Source: Flavobacteriales bacterium (lineage in GTDB: Bacteria > Bacteroidota > Bacteroidia > Flavobacteriales_F > PHOS-HE28). From it: DNA of 60,553 nt. The stretch's first letter is position 1; each line of letters starts with the position of its first letter. Made by a program: the position numbers and the translations under genes. The notes beneath the pieces are model-generated. The model was not told the DNA's origin. It saw nothing but the letters and a program-made list of their open reading frames with translations, and did no database searches. Where the stretch lies: positions 1 through 60,553 of the forward strand of contig JAEUTB010000197.1 in the NCBI GenBank assembly GCA_016787995.1. Reading direction: 5' to 3'. Positions 38,301-47,333 of this stretch are shown one piece after another.

Positions 38301-38691
38301 TTCGGAACACAGGACAAGGTCCTGGTCAGTGAGCGTTAAGCGACCGGAAATTCGATCGTATCCTCCTCTTCTTGCTCTTTCTGCTGGGGCATCACTTGTT
38401 CAATACGCACCGGTTCCGGTTCGGTCGGCACGCATTGCGCGAAAAGTTGTTCTTCATCGGTGAGACAGAGGAGCAAAGTCAGGGTTTGGACTGGCCACAT
38501 GGTGTATTGGTTCTATTCGTATGTGCCGGTCAATTCTGAGAAGGTGACGCAAGTTCGTAGACAAAGCCATTCTTTGTCAAGACGAACGCATCAAATTCTT
38601 CGACGTATGAACGAATCACAAGGGCCGCCGAAGGCTAAGTCCTTGGTGCTCAAGCCCCAGCGGAGCTATTGGCTATGGCCAGACCTGGTGG

Positions 38692-40275
38692 TCAATCTTG
38701 GAATGTGGCCATGCCGAACCGGTAGTCCTTCTTACGTGTGGCGTACAAGAACATGCGACCATCTTCCAGTTGGCGGCAGCTCTTTGGTCGAAGGATCAGC
38801 TCGCGCTTCTCGGGATCGAACAAGGCTTCGCGGGTCACACGACCATCCTGGTCCACAGTAGCCATGGTCACGATGGAACCCTTGCCTTGAAGGTCCATCT
38901 GCTTGAATTTATCACCCGCTGCCTTGAAGAGGTTCTCCCCGTTATCGTTGAAGATGAAATACAAGTTCTCATCCCGGACCTCCAAGGCGTAGCTACTGAA
39001 GTACCCGCCGTCGTTGGCTGTGTGCTGCCTTTTGGGAACCGTGCTGGCCCATTCGATATCCCCTTCGGGGCTGATGTTCACCACGATGATGTCGTTGTAG
39101 ACGTAATGGTAGATGGTGCGACAGGTCTGACCGCCGTTCTGGGTGCTCGTGCAGACGGTACGGGTGTACATGAAGTACTGCTCTCCAACGAGTACCGCTC
39201 CACCATCTTCGCGCCTGATGATCTCGTCAAGGTCATACTCGAACAATTGCAGCTCCTCATCCTTCTTCTCGGCCTTTTTCTTCGCCTTCTCCTCCTCCTT
39301 CGGTGTCATGTACTGGGTGATGAAATCGTCTGAGAACTCCTTGTAGCTCTCATGCAGGATGGCCTTGGAGTCGGGGTCGAGGCTCATGAAGAAGGCGCCG
39401 CGCACTTTGTTCGCTCCTTTGATGCCATAGAACCCTCCACAGAGGATCGGTCCGTCCCCGTCATCAAGGCTAATGGTCAGATCCTGTAGGAATCGATCCC
39501 CAGAAGCGATCGTATTGTCCGTATATTCTCCTTCGCTGTTGAACGTGAGAAGATGATGGTCATACGTTGCCTTCCCGTCCCGTTTCTTCTCCTTGGCCTC
39601 TTGTTTCTCGAGGTACTTCACACCAAGGGCCACTACATCTCCATCGTTCTCCAGGAGCATGCCGCGCACTGCGAACTCCTTATCCGTATAGGGCATGGTG
39701 ATCTCGCGCTCCCACTCCAAGCTCATCTGCTTGTCATACACCCTTACACGGAAACGCTCGGAGGCCTCCTTTTCGTAGGGCAGATTTATCCCGATCAGGA
39801 TGTGCTCCTCGTTCGGGGAAACATCCATTTGGAAACCTCCGGCATAAGCCTTGGTTGAACTGAATTCGGCCAATCGCTCCCAAGCGCCCCGAGGCTCCAT
39901 GTCCGCAGCATCGTACATGCGCATGTACATGCTCTTCAAGTCAGCCTTCTTATCGTAGCGTGTGGCGAAGATGATGATGCCATCCCCAGCCAGCATGATC
40001 GAACTCAACGCCAGATCCTTCTTGTCCAATGTCAGGTCAACTGCTTTGTGGTAGGCACTGGTAAGCCCCCCGGTCATTTTCTGAACGAAGAGCTTATCCT
40101 TCTTCCAGAATGTCATGTACACGGCATCATCGCTCTGGCCGATCACATAGCCGAACGTCCCGGTCGCCTTCTCCTGGAACTCGGGCCCCCAATTGATGGA
40201 GGCCTTGTCCGTTCTCGGTTGAGCATAGGCGGTCAAGAAAAGGGCCATGGCGGCTCCGGTGAGGGTCGATCTCAT
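38692..40275 (-). CDS. Secreted hypothetical protein, 527 aa
   Basis: Signal peptide MRSTLTGAAMALFLTAYAQ. Beta-rich with a Lys/Glu-rich insert (KEEEKAKKKAEKKDEE). ATG at 40275 is preferred over 40413. Confidence 0.8.
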   Translation of the reverse strand: MRSTLTGAAMALFLTAYAQPRTDKASINWGPEFQEKATGTFGYVIGQSDDAVYMTFWKKDKLFVQKMTGGLTSAYHKAVDLTLDKKDLALSSIMLAGDGIIIFATRYDKKADLKSMYMRMYDAADMEPRGAWERLAEFSSTKAYAGGFQMDVSPNEEHILIGINLPYEKEASERFRVRVYDKQMSLEWEREITMPYTDKEFAVRGMLLENDGDVVALGVKYLEKQEAKEKKRDGKATYDHHLLTFNSEGEYTDNTIASGDRFLQDLTISLDDGDGPILCGGFYGIKGANKVRGAFFMSLDPDSKAILHESYKEFSDDFITQYMTPKEEEKAKKKAEKKDEELQLFEYDLDEIIRREDGGAVLVGEQYFMYTRTVCTSTQNGGQTCRTIYHYVYNDIIVVNISPEGDIEWASTVPKRQHTANDGGYFSSYALEVRDENLYFIFNDNGENLFKAAGDKFKQMDLQGKGSIVTMATVDQDGRVTREALFDPEKRELILRPKSCRQLEDGRMFLYATRKKDYRFGMATFQD

Positions 40276-40325
40276 CGTGGAATTGTTGGTCTTGTTTGAA
40301 GGCGACGAGCGGCTTTCGCCACGTA

Positions 40326-41210
40326 TCAATGTGCTGCTTTCAACGTATTGAGCAGCAAGCTCGTGATCGTCATCGGGCCCACTCCACCTGGAACGGGTGT
40401 GATGGCCGAGCATCGGTCTCGAACGGACCCGTAGTCCACATCACCTTCGAGCCGGAAGCCGTTCTTCTTGGTAGCATCCGGGATGCGGTGGATGCCGACG
40501 TCCACCACCACCGCGCCTTCCTTCACCATATCGCCAGTGATGAAGCCTGGTTTGCCGATGGCGACCACGAGAATATCGGCCTGTTCGGTGATGGAGGGAA
40601 GATCCTTGGTGCGACTGTGGGCCAGGGTTACGGTGCAGTTCCCCGGGTAGGCGTTGCGGCTGAGCAGGATGCTGACCGGCGTGCCTACGATATTGCTGCG
40701 GCCAACGACCACACAGTGTTTGCCCGCGGTCTCGATGTGATAGAACTTGAGCAGTTCGCAAATGCCACTCGGGGTGGCAGGTAGGAATCCGGGCAGACCA
40801 AGTACCATGTTGCCCACGTTCTGCGGATGGAAGCCGTCCACATCCTTCTGCGGATCGATCGCTTGAAGGACCCGGTCAGCGTCGATATGTGCAGGTAATG
40901 GTAACTGCACGATGAATCCGTCCAGGTCGGGATCCGCGTTCAGGCTGCGCACCCGTGCGAGGAGTTCTTCTTCCGTGATGGTCTCTGGAAGCCGGATCAA
41001 TGAACTCCGGAACCCGACGGTGCCACATGCCTTCACCTTGGCCTCTACATAGGTCTTGCTGGCCCCATCATTCCCCACCAGCACGGCTGCCAAATGTGGT
41101 GCACGACCACGCATGGCTTTCACAGCTGCCGCTTGCGTAGCGATATCGGTCTTCAACGCATCGCCACAGCGCTTGCCATCCAGCAGTCGAGGTGAGCCCG
41201 TCATAGGCAC
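40326..41210 (-). CDS. folD: Bifunctional methylenetetrahydrofolate dehydrogenase / methenyl-THF cyclohydrolase
   Basis: ASKTYV..K ... [10 protein letters not shown] ... [11 protein letters not shown] match the canonical FolD motifs. Confidence 0.95.
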   Translation of the reverse strand: MPMTGSPRLLDGKRCGDALKTDIATQAAAVKAMRGRAPHLAAVLVGNDGASKTYVEAKVKACGTVGFRSSLIRLPETITEEELLARVRSLNADPDLDGFIVQLPLPAHIDADRVLQAIDPQKDVDGFHPQNVGNMVLGLPGFLPATPSGICELLKFYHIETAGKHCVVVGRSNIVGTPVSILLSRNAYPGNCTVTLAHSRTKDLPSITEQADILVVAIGKPGFITGDMVKEGAVVVDVGIHRIPDATKKNGFRLEGDVDYGSVRDRCSAITPVPGGVGPMTITSLLLNTLKAAH

Positions 41211-41240
41211 AAGGATACGGTTTGCGGGGTTCCCTTGGAA

Positions 41241-41786
41241 CTACCACCCCATCCGTTCACGGAGCCGGACGATATGGGCCAAGTGATGGGCGCCGTGCCA
41301 CACATAGAGTTCCAAGGCCTCGGAAAGTGCGATCGTCCGGTTCTGTTCTGGATGGAAGAAGACCCGCTCAAGGTCGGTGCTCTCCAGTGAGCGGAGCAGG
41401 ACGGCCCACCTGGCATGTATTCCGGCGATGATCGAAAGCGATGCTTCAGGTGGCATGGTGCGGGCATCGGTGTGCTCTGCCCATAGGTCCTCGCGGTAGG
41501 GCTTGATCACGGGTGCTTCCTCCGTGAGGGCGAGTTTGAAGCGATGCAAGCATTGGCTGTGACTGTCGGCCAAATGATGAACCACTTGGCGTACCGTCCA
41601 GCCTTCCGGTCGATATGGGGTATCCAACTGTGCTTCGGACAAACCTGCCACGGCTTTGACGAGTTCTTGAGGGAAGCCCTCGATCCGAGCGGTACAAGCT
41701 TTACGCCGCTCGGGATCCTTCGCTGCGGTGCCTCGAACGAAGCGACCTAGAGGATACTTCAGTTCTTCCAAGTCAGGGTTCGACAT
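41241..41786 (-). CDS. DinB superfamily metal-dependent hydrolase, YfiT-like
   Basis: KYPLGRF ... VHHLADSH ... HGAHHLAHI (His triad of YfiT/DinB). Confidence 0.82.
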   Translation of the reverse strand: MSNPDLEELKYPLGRFVRGTAAKDPERRKACTARIEGFPQELVKAVAGLSEAQLDTPYRPEGWTVRQVVHHLADSHSQCLHRFKLALTEEAPVIKPYREDLWAEHTDARTMPPEASLSIIAGIHARWAVLLRSLESTDLERVFFHPEQNRTIALSEALELYVWHGAHHLAHIVRLRERMGW

Positions 41787-41992
41787 GATCGGGGCGAACG
41801 GACCTGATGCCGTTCAGGGAACAAGTTCGCCATTCAGACGCAACATTCGTCATAGTGCACTTTCAACTTGATGCATGCGATCGCAGCTCATGGCGGCTTG
41901 TGGAATGTTTGCTCTAGCAGGAGCGCACTCTCAGAAGATCAACAAATACGTTCGTGCAGGATCTTGACCCGCCTCCTGTCTAGGAAGCCTGA

Positions 41993-43333
41993 TCACCTCC
42001 TCATCCCCTGCATCGCCTGCATCTGCCGCATCATGTTCTGCATCTTCGTCTTGTCACCCATCATCTTCATCATCTTGCGCGTTTCCTCGAACTGCTTCAT
42101 CAGCTTGTTCACCGCCTCGATGTTATTGCCACTGCCTTTGGCGATGCGGGCGCGACGGCTGCCGTTGATCAGCGCGGGGTTCTTGCGCTCTTCGGGGGTC
42201 ATGCTCTTGATGATCGCTTCGATGCCCTTGAACGCGTCATCGGGGATATCGATGTTCTTCAAGGCCTTGCCCACGCCGGGGATCATGCCCATGAGGTCCT
42301 TCATGTTCCCCATCTTCTTGATCTGGCCGATCTGCTCCAGGAAGTCGTCGAAGCCGAACTGGTCCTTCTGGATCTTCTTGTTCAGCTCGCGTGCAGCCTT
42401 CTCATCGAACTGCTGTTGAGCGCGCTCCACCAAGGAGACCACGTCGCCCATGCCGAGGATCCGGCCGGCCATCCGGTCCGGGTGGAACTCGTCGATGGCC
42501 TCCATCTTCTCACCGGTACCGATGAACTTGATCGGCTTGTCCACCACGCTTCGGATGCTGAGGGCCGCACCACCGCGAGTATCGCCGTCCAACTTGGTCA
42601 GCACCACGCCATCGATGTTGAGGCGGTCGTTGAAGGCCTTGGCGGTGTTCACCGCGTCCTGACCCGTCATGCTATCCACCACGAAGAGCGTCTCCTGTGG
42701 TTTGATGGCGGCCTTCACGCGGGTGATCTCGTCCATCATGGCCTCATCCACCGCCAAACGACCGGCGGTGTCCACGATCACCAGGGTAAAGCCGTGGATC
42801 TTGGCGTACTCGATGCCCTTCTGCGCGATGGCCACGGGATCGGTGTTACCGCGCTCACTGTAAACGACCACACCAAGTTGTTTGCCCAGCGTTTCCAGTT
42901 GGTCGATAGCGGCCGGACGGTAGACGTCACAGGCCACCAGCAAGGGCTTCTTCCCCTTCTTCCGCAAGTGGTTGGCCAGCTTGCCGCTGAAGGTGGTCTT
43001 ACCCGAGCCCTGCAAGCCGCTCATCAGCACCACTGTGGGATTCCCGCTCAGGTTGATGCCTGCGGCCTGGCCACCCATCAGTTCGGCCAGCTCGTCGTTG
43101 GTGATCTTGGTGAGCAGTTGCCCCGGGCTCACGCTCGTAAGCACGTTCTGCCCCAACGCCTTGGCCTTCACGCGGTCGGTGAAGTCCTTGGCGGTCTTGT
43201 AGTTCACGTCGGCATCCAGCAGCGCCTTGCGGATCTCCTTGACCGTTTCGGCCACGTTGATCTCGGTGATCTGGCCTTGGCCTTTGAGGACTTTGAAGGC
43301 GCGCTCTAGCTTGTCGTTGAGGTTCTCGAACAT
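41993..43333 (-). CDS. ffh: Signal recognition particle protein Ffh
   Basis: GLQGSGKTT, DTAGR and TKLDGD GTPase motifs, plus a Met-rich M domain and C-terminus (MMKMMGDKTKMQNMMRQMQAMQGM). Confidence 0.97.
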   Translation of the reverse strand: MFENLNDKLERAFKVLKGQGQITEINVAETVKEIRKALLDADVNYKTAKDFTDRVKAKALGQNVLTSVSPGQLLTKITNDELAELMGGQAAGINLSGNPTVVLMSGLQGSGKTTFSGKLANHLRKKGKKPLLVACDVYRPAAIDQLETLGKQLGVVVYSERGNTDPVAIAQKGIEYAKIHGFTLVIVDTAGRLAVDEAMMDEITRVKAAIKPQETLFVVDSMTGQDAVNTAKAFNDRLNIDGVVLTKLDGDTRGGAALSIRSVVDKPIKFIGTGEKMEAIDEFHPDRMAGRILGMGDVVSLVERAQQQFDEKAARELNKKIQKDQFGFDDFLEQIGQIKKMGNMKDLMGMIPGVGKALKNIDIPDDAFKGIEAIIKSMTPEERKNPALINGSRRARIAKGSGNNIEAVNKLMKQFEETRKMMKMMGDKTKMQNMMRQMQAMQGMRR

Positions 43334-43530
43334 GTCTGGTCGTTGCTACAGACCGCGAAGGTAGCAGGGAGTGATGAGAAGATCGGATGATCAGAAAATG
43401 GCTGACCGGGATGATGTAAGGAACGAGCCGGCAGGGAAGATCGTGATGCCGTTAATCCGTCCCTCCTACCAGAGGACCGCTCAACCATGTCTTGCTTCCG
43501 GCAGGATCACGGTCACCCTTCCTTCGCGTC

Positions 43531-44496
43531 ATGAAAGCCATCATCTGCGAACGCTACGGGCCACCCGAGCAACTGCAATTGCTGGATGTACCTGCACCTG
43601 TGCCGCAGAAAGGGCAGGTCCTGGTACGCGTGTGCGCTACCTCGGTGAACGACCAAGACTGGAGCATGGTGAACGGCACCCCACGGATCTACCGGTTGAT
43701 CTTCGGGCTTTTCCGCCCCCGACATCCCGTACCGGGGATCGAGTTGTCGGGCGTGGTGGAGGCGCTTGGTCCCGGTGTGAGCCGATGGCGCCTAGGCGAC
43801 AAGGTCTATGGTGATGTATCGAATGGTGGTATGGGCACCTACGCGGATTTCGTGGTGGCGCCAGAACCGGAGCTTCGACGCATTCCGGATGGGCTCTCGT
43901 TCGTGCAAGCAGCTGCTCTACCGCACGCCCTCGAGCTGGCGCATCAGGCCTTGATAGGGATCGGAAAGTTGAAAGAGGGTGAACGGGTATTGCTCAACGG
44001 TGCGGGTGGCGGCGTGGGCACATTCGCCCTGCAACTGGCCAAACAACAGGGTTGCACGGTATGGGGCGTGGACACCGGCGATAAACTGAAAGCGATGTCC
44101 GCGCTCGGCTTCGACCATGTGATCGACTACACGCAACAGGACTTCACCCAACTCGGCGAACGCTTCGACCTGGTCGTGGACATGAAAACGAAGCGTTCGC
44201 CGCGCGAGCTTCTACGAGCCCTGGTGCCCAATGGCCGTTACGTCACCGTGGGTGGCGATCCAGGTCGCTTGATCGCCTTGTTGTTCGCACGTCTTTTAGG
44301 TCGGCGCAACTTGCACATCGTGGCATTGAAGTCGAATCAGAACCTGGACAGCCTCGCATCACTCATCAGCAACGGCACCCTGAAACCTGTGATCGATGGT
44401 CCCTACACGCTCGAGGATGCACCGCGCCTTGTCCGTTACTTCGGCGAAGGCCGGCACACGGGGAAGGTGGTGATGGTCGTAGGTGGAACGAAATGA
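43531..44496 (+). CDS. NAD(P)-dependent medium-chain dehydrogenase/reductase (quinone oxidoreductase-like)
   Basis: MDR pattern VLVRVCATSVN, GAGGGVG and GKVVM. ATG at 43531. Confidence 0.85.
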   Translation: MKAIICERYGPPEQLQLLDVPAPVPQKGQVLVRVCATSVNDQDWSMVNGTPRIYRLIFGLFRPRHPVPGIELSGVVEALGPGVSRWRLGDKVYGDVSNGGMGTYADFVVAPEPELRRIPDGLSFVQAAALPHALELAHQALIGIGKLKEGERVLLNGAGGGVGTFALQLAKQQGCTVWGVDTGDKLKAMSALGFDHVIDYTQQDFTQLGERFDLVVDMKTKRSPRELLRALVPNGRYVTVGGDPGRLIALLFARLLGRRNLHIVALKSNQNLDSLASLISNGTLKPVIDGPYTLEDAPRLVRYFGEGRHTGKVVMVVGGTK

Positions 44497-44547
44497 TCCG
44501 TTGTACTCCATTCAGACCGATCCCCTTCGCAGACCGATCTTCGCAGC

Positions 44548-45033
44548 ATGCGTGCTTTACTCCTTCTTTCCTGTATTTGGTTTGTCAGTGTGACCGCATT
44601 GCCCCAACGTAGCGCGTCCTTGGTTTCTCGTTCCTTTCCTGGATCAGAGGATGTAAAGGCCAACATCACGGCATTGGACAGCGCACTATTCGCTGCCTTC
44701 AACGCGCATGATGCCGCTGCGCTGGGTGGGTGGTTCACGCCAGACCTCGAGTTCTACCACGACAAAGGCGGCCTAACCGGCTACGACTCTACCATGGCCA
44801 GCTTCCGCGACCTCTTCGCGCGCAACGCCGAGACCGGTCTGCACCGCGAACTGGTACCAGGCAGTTTGGAGGTGTATCCCATTGGCGACTTCGGCCTGTT
44901 GGAAGTGTGCCAACACCGCTTCTGCCATACCGAGAACGGCAAGGAGGACTGCGGCACCTTCAAGAATATCATGGTGTGGCGCAAGGAAGGCACCAGCTAC
45001 AAGGTGAGCCGGGTGATCAGCTACGATCATTGA
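44548..45033 (+). CDS. NTF2-like (DUF4440/SnoaL-like) secreted protein
   Basis: Signal peptide. ITALDSALFAAFNAHDAAALGGWFTPDLEFYHDKGG. Confidence 0.8.
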   Translation: MRALLLLSCIWFVSVTALPQRSASLVSRSFPGSEDVKANITALDSALFAAFNAHDAAALGGWFTPDLEFYHDKGGLTGYDSTMASFRDLFARNAETGLHRELVPGSLEVYPIGDFGLLEVCQHRFCHTENGKEDCGTFKNIMVWRKEGTSYKVSRVISYDH

Positions 45034-45091
45034 ACCCCATGGTCTAGAGCATACCCCCCGCGAAGTCAGCTGACCGTAGGTTCATAATTAT

Positions 45092-45107
45092 TTAGATATT
45101 TGTCTAA
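45092..45107. promoter_or_regulatory. Inverted repeat TTAGA-n6-TCTAA just upstream of sdpR (putative autorepressor operator)
   Basis: ttagatatttgtctaa was read directly. It lies 7 nt before the ATG at 45114 in an AT-rich leader. SdpR-family proteins are autorepressors. Confidence 0.4.
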
Positions 45108-45113
45108 TCATCT

Positions 45114-45386
45114 ATGAATAAGGCCTTCAAAGCCCTCAACGATCCCACGCGTCGACGCATCCTGGAGCTCCTTCGGCAACAGGACATGACGGCGGGTGAT
45201 ATCGCGGAGGAGTTCGACATGAGCTTCCCCAGCATCAGCCACCACCTTGACCTGTTGCGCCAAGCCGGACTGGTAACCTCGATGAAGGAAGGCCAGTTCG
45301 TGCGGTACTCCTTGAACACTACCGTGATGGACGAGCTGATCGGATGGATGCTGGCCTTGAAGACACCACCGGAACGCAAACGATGA
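45114..45386 (+). CDS. sdpR: SdpR-family ArsR-type autorepressor
   Basis: FKALNDPTRRRILELL...DMTAGDIAEEFDMSFPSISHHLDLLRQAGLV...GQFVRYSLNTTV is highly characteristic of the SdpR subfamily. Confidence 0.85.
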   Translation: MNKAFKALNDPTRRRILELLRQQDMTAGDIAEEFDMSFPSISHHLDLLRQAGLVTSMKEGQFVRYSLNTTVMDELIGWMLALKTPPERKR

Positions 45387-46060
45387 ACCAACAGACCAAC
45401 CCCACGGACCGCTTCTTCGAGGCCAGCCTCGTTGCCTTGCTGCTCATCCCCATCGGATACCTCGCTTATAAGTGGTCCAGCTTGCCGCTAAGCGTACCGT
45501 TGCATTGGAACGCCGCAGGTGAAGCGGACCGTTACGGTGATAGGTCCGACCTGTTGCTCCCGCTTGCATTGGTCCTGCTAGTGCCCTATGCCACCCTGCT
45601 GCTGGCCCCGCGTATCGATCCGCGCAAGAAGAACCTCTCGACCTCTTCCAAGGCTTTCCGTGGCGCGCGACTCACGGTATCCCTTTTCACTTGTTGCATC
45701 GCCCTCGTGATCGTGTATAGCGCCGAAGGCCACACCGTACCTCCCGGCGATGTGGTATTCCCCCTGTGTTTCCTACTCCTGGCCGGCCTGGGCAACTTCT
45801 TACCGGCCTTGCGCTCCAATCATTTCATCGGGATACGGACCCCTTGGACCATCGACAGCGAAGAGAATTGGCGTCGTACGCATCGGTTCGGCGCTCGCCT
45901 CTATTTCTGGGGCGGTCTGGCGGGAGCGGTCATCGTGTTCCTCATCATTGACCAACAGCATCGCTTCAACTTCTTCCTACCAGCATTCCTCGGGATAGCC
46001 CTGACCCCAGTCCTGTATTCCTATCTACTCCACCATCGTTCACATCGAACTGAACCATGA
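45383..46060 (+). CDS. sdpI: SdpI-family membrane protein (DUF1648 + SdpI domains)
   Basis: Polytopic protein with NHFIGIRTPWTIDSEENWRRTHRFGARL (SdpI signature). ATGA overlap with sdpR. Confidence 0.8.
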   Translation: MNQQTNPTDRFFEASLVALLLIPIGYLAYKWSSLPLSVPLHWNAAGEADRYGDRSDLLLPLALVLLVPYATLLLAPRIDPRKKNLSTSSKAFRGARLTVSLFTCCIALVIVYSAEGHTVPPGDVVFPLCFLLLAGLGNFLPALRSNHFIGIRTPWTIDSEENWRRTHRFGARLYFWGGLAGAVIVFLIIDQQHRFNFFLPAFLGIALTPVLYSYLLHHRSHRTEP

Positions 46061-46809
46061 AAAACAAGAAGTTCCTCCTCGGATCGCTCATCTTCCTGCT
46101 CGGTGTGGTCGGTGTGCTGAGCCTGCTCACCAGCGACCTCCCAATGGATAGCCTGCCAGCGTTGGTGCGGGAGCGCTTCACCGAAACACAGATCAAGCTG
46201 TTGGTCCTCCTCAATCCTGTGATGCTGGTGTTGATCATGGTGTGCATAGGTACGCCGCTGCATGAACGGGCCGGCCTGAAGGTTCCAGCACTCATGGGCT
46301 GGTTACAGGGCACTCCGGTGGGATCGGTATTCGCCGGTCAAGTGAAGGCTGGTGTCGTGTTCGGCGCCCTGGCCGGTGTGTTGCTCGTAGGCATTTCGTT
46401 CACCTTCGGAGATGCCATCGCCGCCGATCAGGAGAAACTCGCGACCGGCATCAAGCCCTCATTGCTGGCGCGCTTCCTCTATGGCGGCATCACCGAAGAG
46501 ATACTGGTCCGCTTCGGCATGATGACCTTGGTGATGTGGCTGGCACTTAAAGTGCTCCCCTCCACCGCTGCTGCCTGGACGAGCATAGCGTTGACCTCGC
46601 TCCTCTTCGGCCTCGGGCATTTGCCGGCGGTGTTCGCTGTCATTCCCGAACCGAGTACCATTCTCTACGCCTACATCCTTTTGGGGAACATTGCGGGCGG
46701 GATCGTCTTCGGTTGGCTCTATTGGAAGAAGGGATTGGAAGCTGCGATGATCGGGCATGCCATGGCTCATGTGGTCATGGTAAGTGCAGAGCGACTGCTT
46801 CCCGGGTGA
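46057..46809 (+). CDS. CPBP family intramembrane glutamic endopeptidase (CAAX protease/bacteriocin-processing type)
   Basis: EEILVRFG (EExxxR), LLFGLGHL (FxxxH) and a C-terminal His motif (IGHAMAHVV). ATGA overlap with sdpI. Confidence 0.85.
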   Translation: MKNKKFLLGSLIFLLGVVGVLSLLTSDLPMDSLPALVRERFTETQIKLLVLLNPVMLVLIMVCIGTPLHERAGLKVPALMGWLQGTPVGSVFAGQVKAGVVFGALAGVLLVGISFTFGDAIAADQEKLATGIKPSLLARFLYGGITEEILVRFGMMTLVMWLALKVLPSTAAAWTSIALTSLLFGLGHLPAVFAVIPEPSTILYAYILLGNIAGGIVFGWLYWKKGLEAAMIGHAMAHVVMVSAERLLPG

Positions 46810-46831
46810 TGACCTACACAGGGTGACCGCC

Positions 46832-47218
46832 TCAGAAATTCTGCAGTCCCCAAACGTTGAAGCCGTGGACGAGCGTAGCCGGTACCAGGCTCTTCGTCCG
46901 GTAGGTGATATAGCCCCACATCAACCCGAGCGGCAGGATGCTGACCCCACACTTTAGGGCTTCGTAATGTTCAATGCGCTCGGGTCGGCGCACTGGGTTC
47001 TTCTACTTCATGGGGAACCACTGAGCGAACAGGTCGATGATGAACGCGCAAACCAGCATGGCGCCAAGGTAGGCTAGTGCCTTTGGCAGCTCCTCGTGCC
47101 GAATGGCGAGTTCCAGCAAACCGGCCACACAGAGGAGGCTGCCCAGTTCGGTCCACGGGTGTCGGCGCACCGCATTCCACTAAATGCGCAGAACGTCCAT
47201 GGCGGGCGTCATGATCAT
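46832..47218 (-). pseudogene. Degenerate CPBP-like membrane protein remnant with two in-frame TAG codons
   Basis: My own minus-strand translation of one frame gives MIMTPAMDVLRI*WNAVRRHPWTELGSLLCVAGLLELAIRHEELPKALAYLGAMLVCAFIIDLFAQWFPMK*KNPVRRPERIEHYEALKCGVSILPLGLMWGYITYRTKSLVPATLVHGFNVWGLQNF*. It has TM-like segments and a CPBP-like C-terminus. Stops lie at 47180..47182 and 47003..47005. Confidence 0.35.
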
Positions 47219-47257
47219 ATGTATCTGATCTCCTTCAGTTCTGGGCTGAATGAGGGA

Positions 47258-47288
47258 CCATGTTCTCACGCGTTCCTATAGAACATGG
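47258..47288 (-). terminator. Hairpin downstream of yaaA (possible terminator)
   Basis: ccatgttct-(13 nt)-agaacatgg is a perfect 9-bp stem. There is no U-run, so the call is weak. Confidence 0.3.
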
Positions 47289-47333
47289 ATGGTCGCACAC
47301 AAAGGCCACGATCGGCCGCTGTGGATTCCGGCA

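Noticed and set aside
38218-38861. Plus-strand ORFs of 81 and 133 aa in the gap after 38221
   Set aside because: They are Arg/Ser/Pro-rich with no motifs. The second runs antisense into the 3' end of the 527-aa gene. I treat the region as non-coding, or as containing only the small minus-strand ORF candidate.
42416-43309. 297-aa plus-strand ORF inside ffh
   Set aside because: It is antisense to Ffh, whose GTPase and M-domain motifs are complete. It is an artefact of GC3-rich coding.
46767-47180. Track ORFs 46767..46952 and 46971..47180 (minus strand)
   Set aside because: Both translate to Arg/Pro/Gly-rich sequences. A different frame of the same strand reads as a membrane protein with two TAG stops, so I called the region a pseudogene remnant instead.
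46832-47218. Idea that the two in-frame TAG codons reflect stop-codon reassignment (for example pyrrolysine or amber readthrough)
   Set aside because: Other well-supported genes in the window terminate with TAG (for example the stops at 1019..1021, 8124..8126 and, on the minus strand, 55920..55922). No pyl genes were seen. Gene decay is the simpler explanation.
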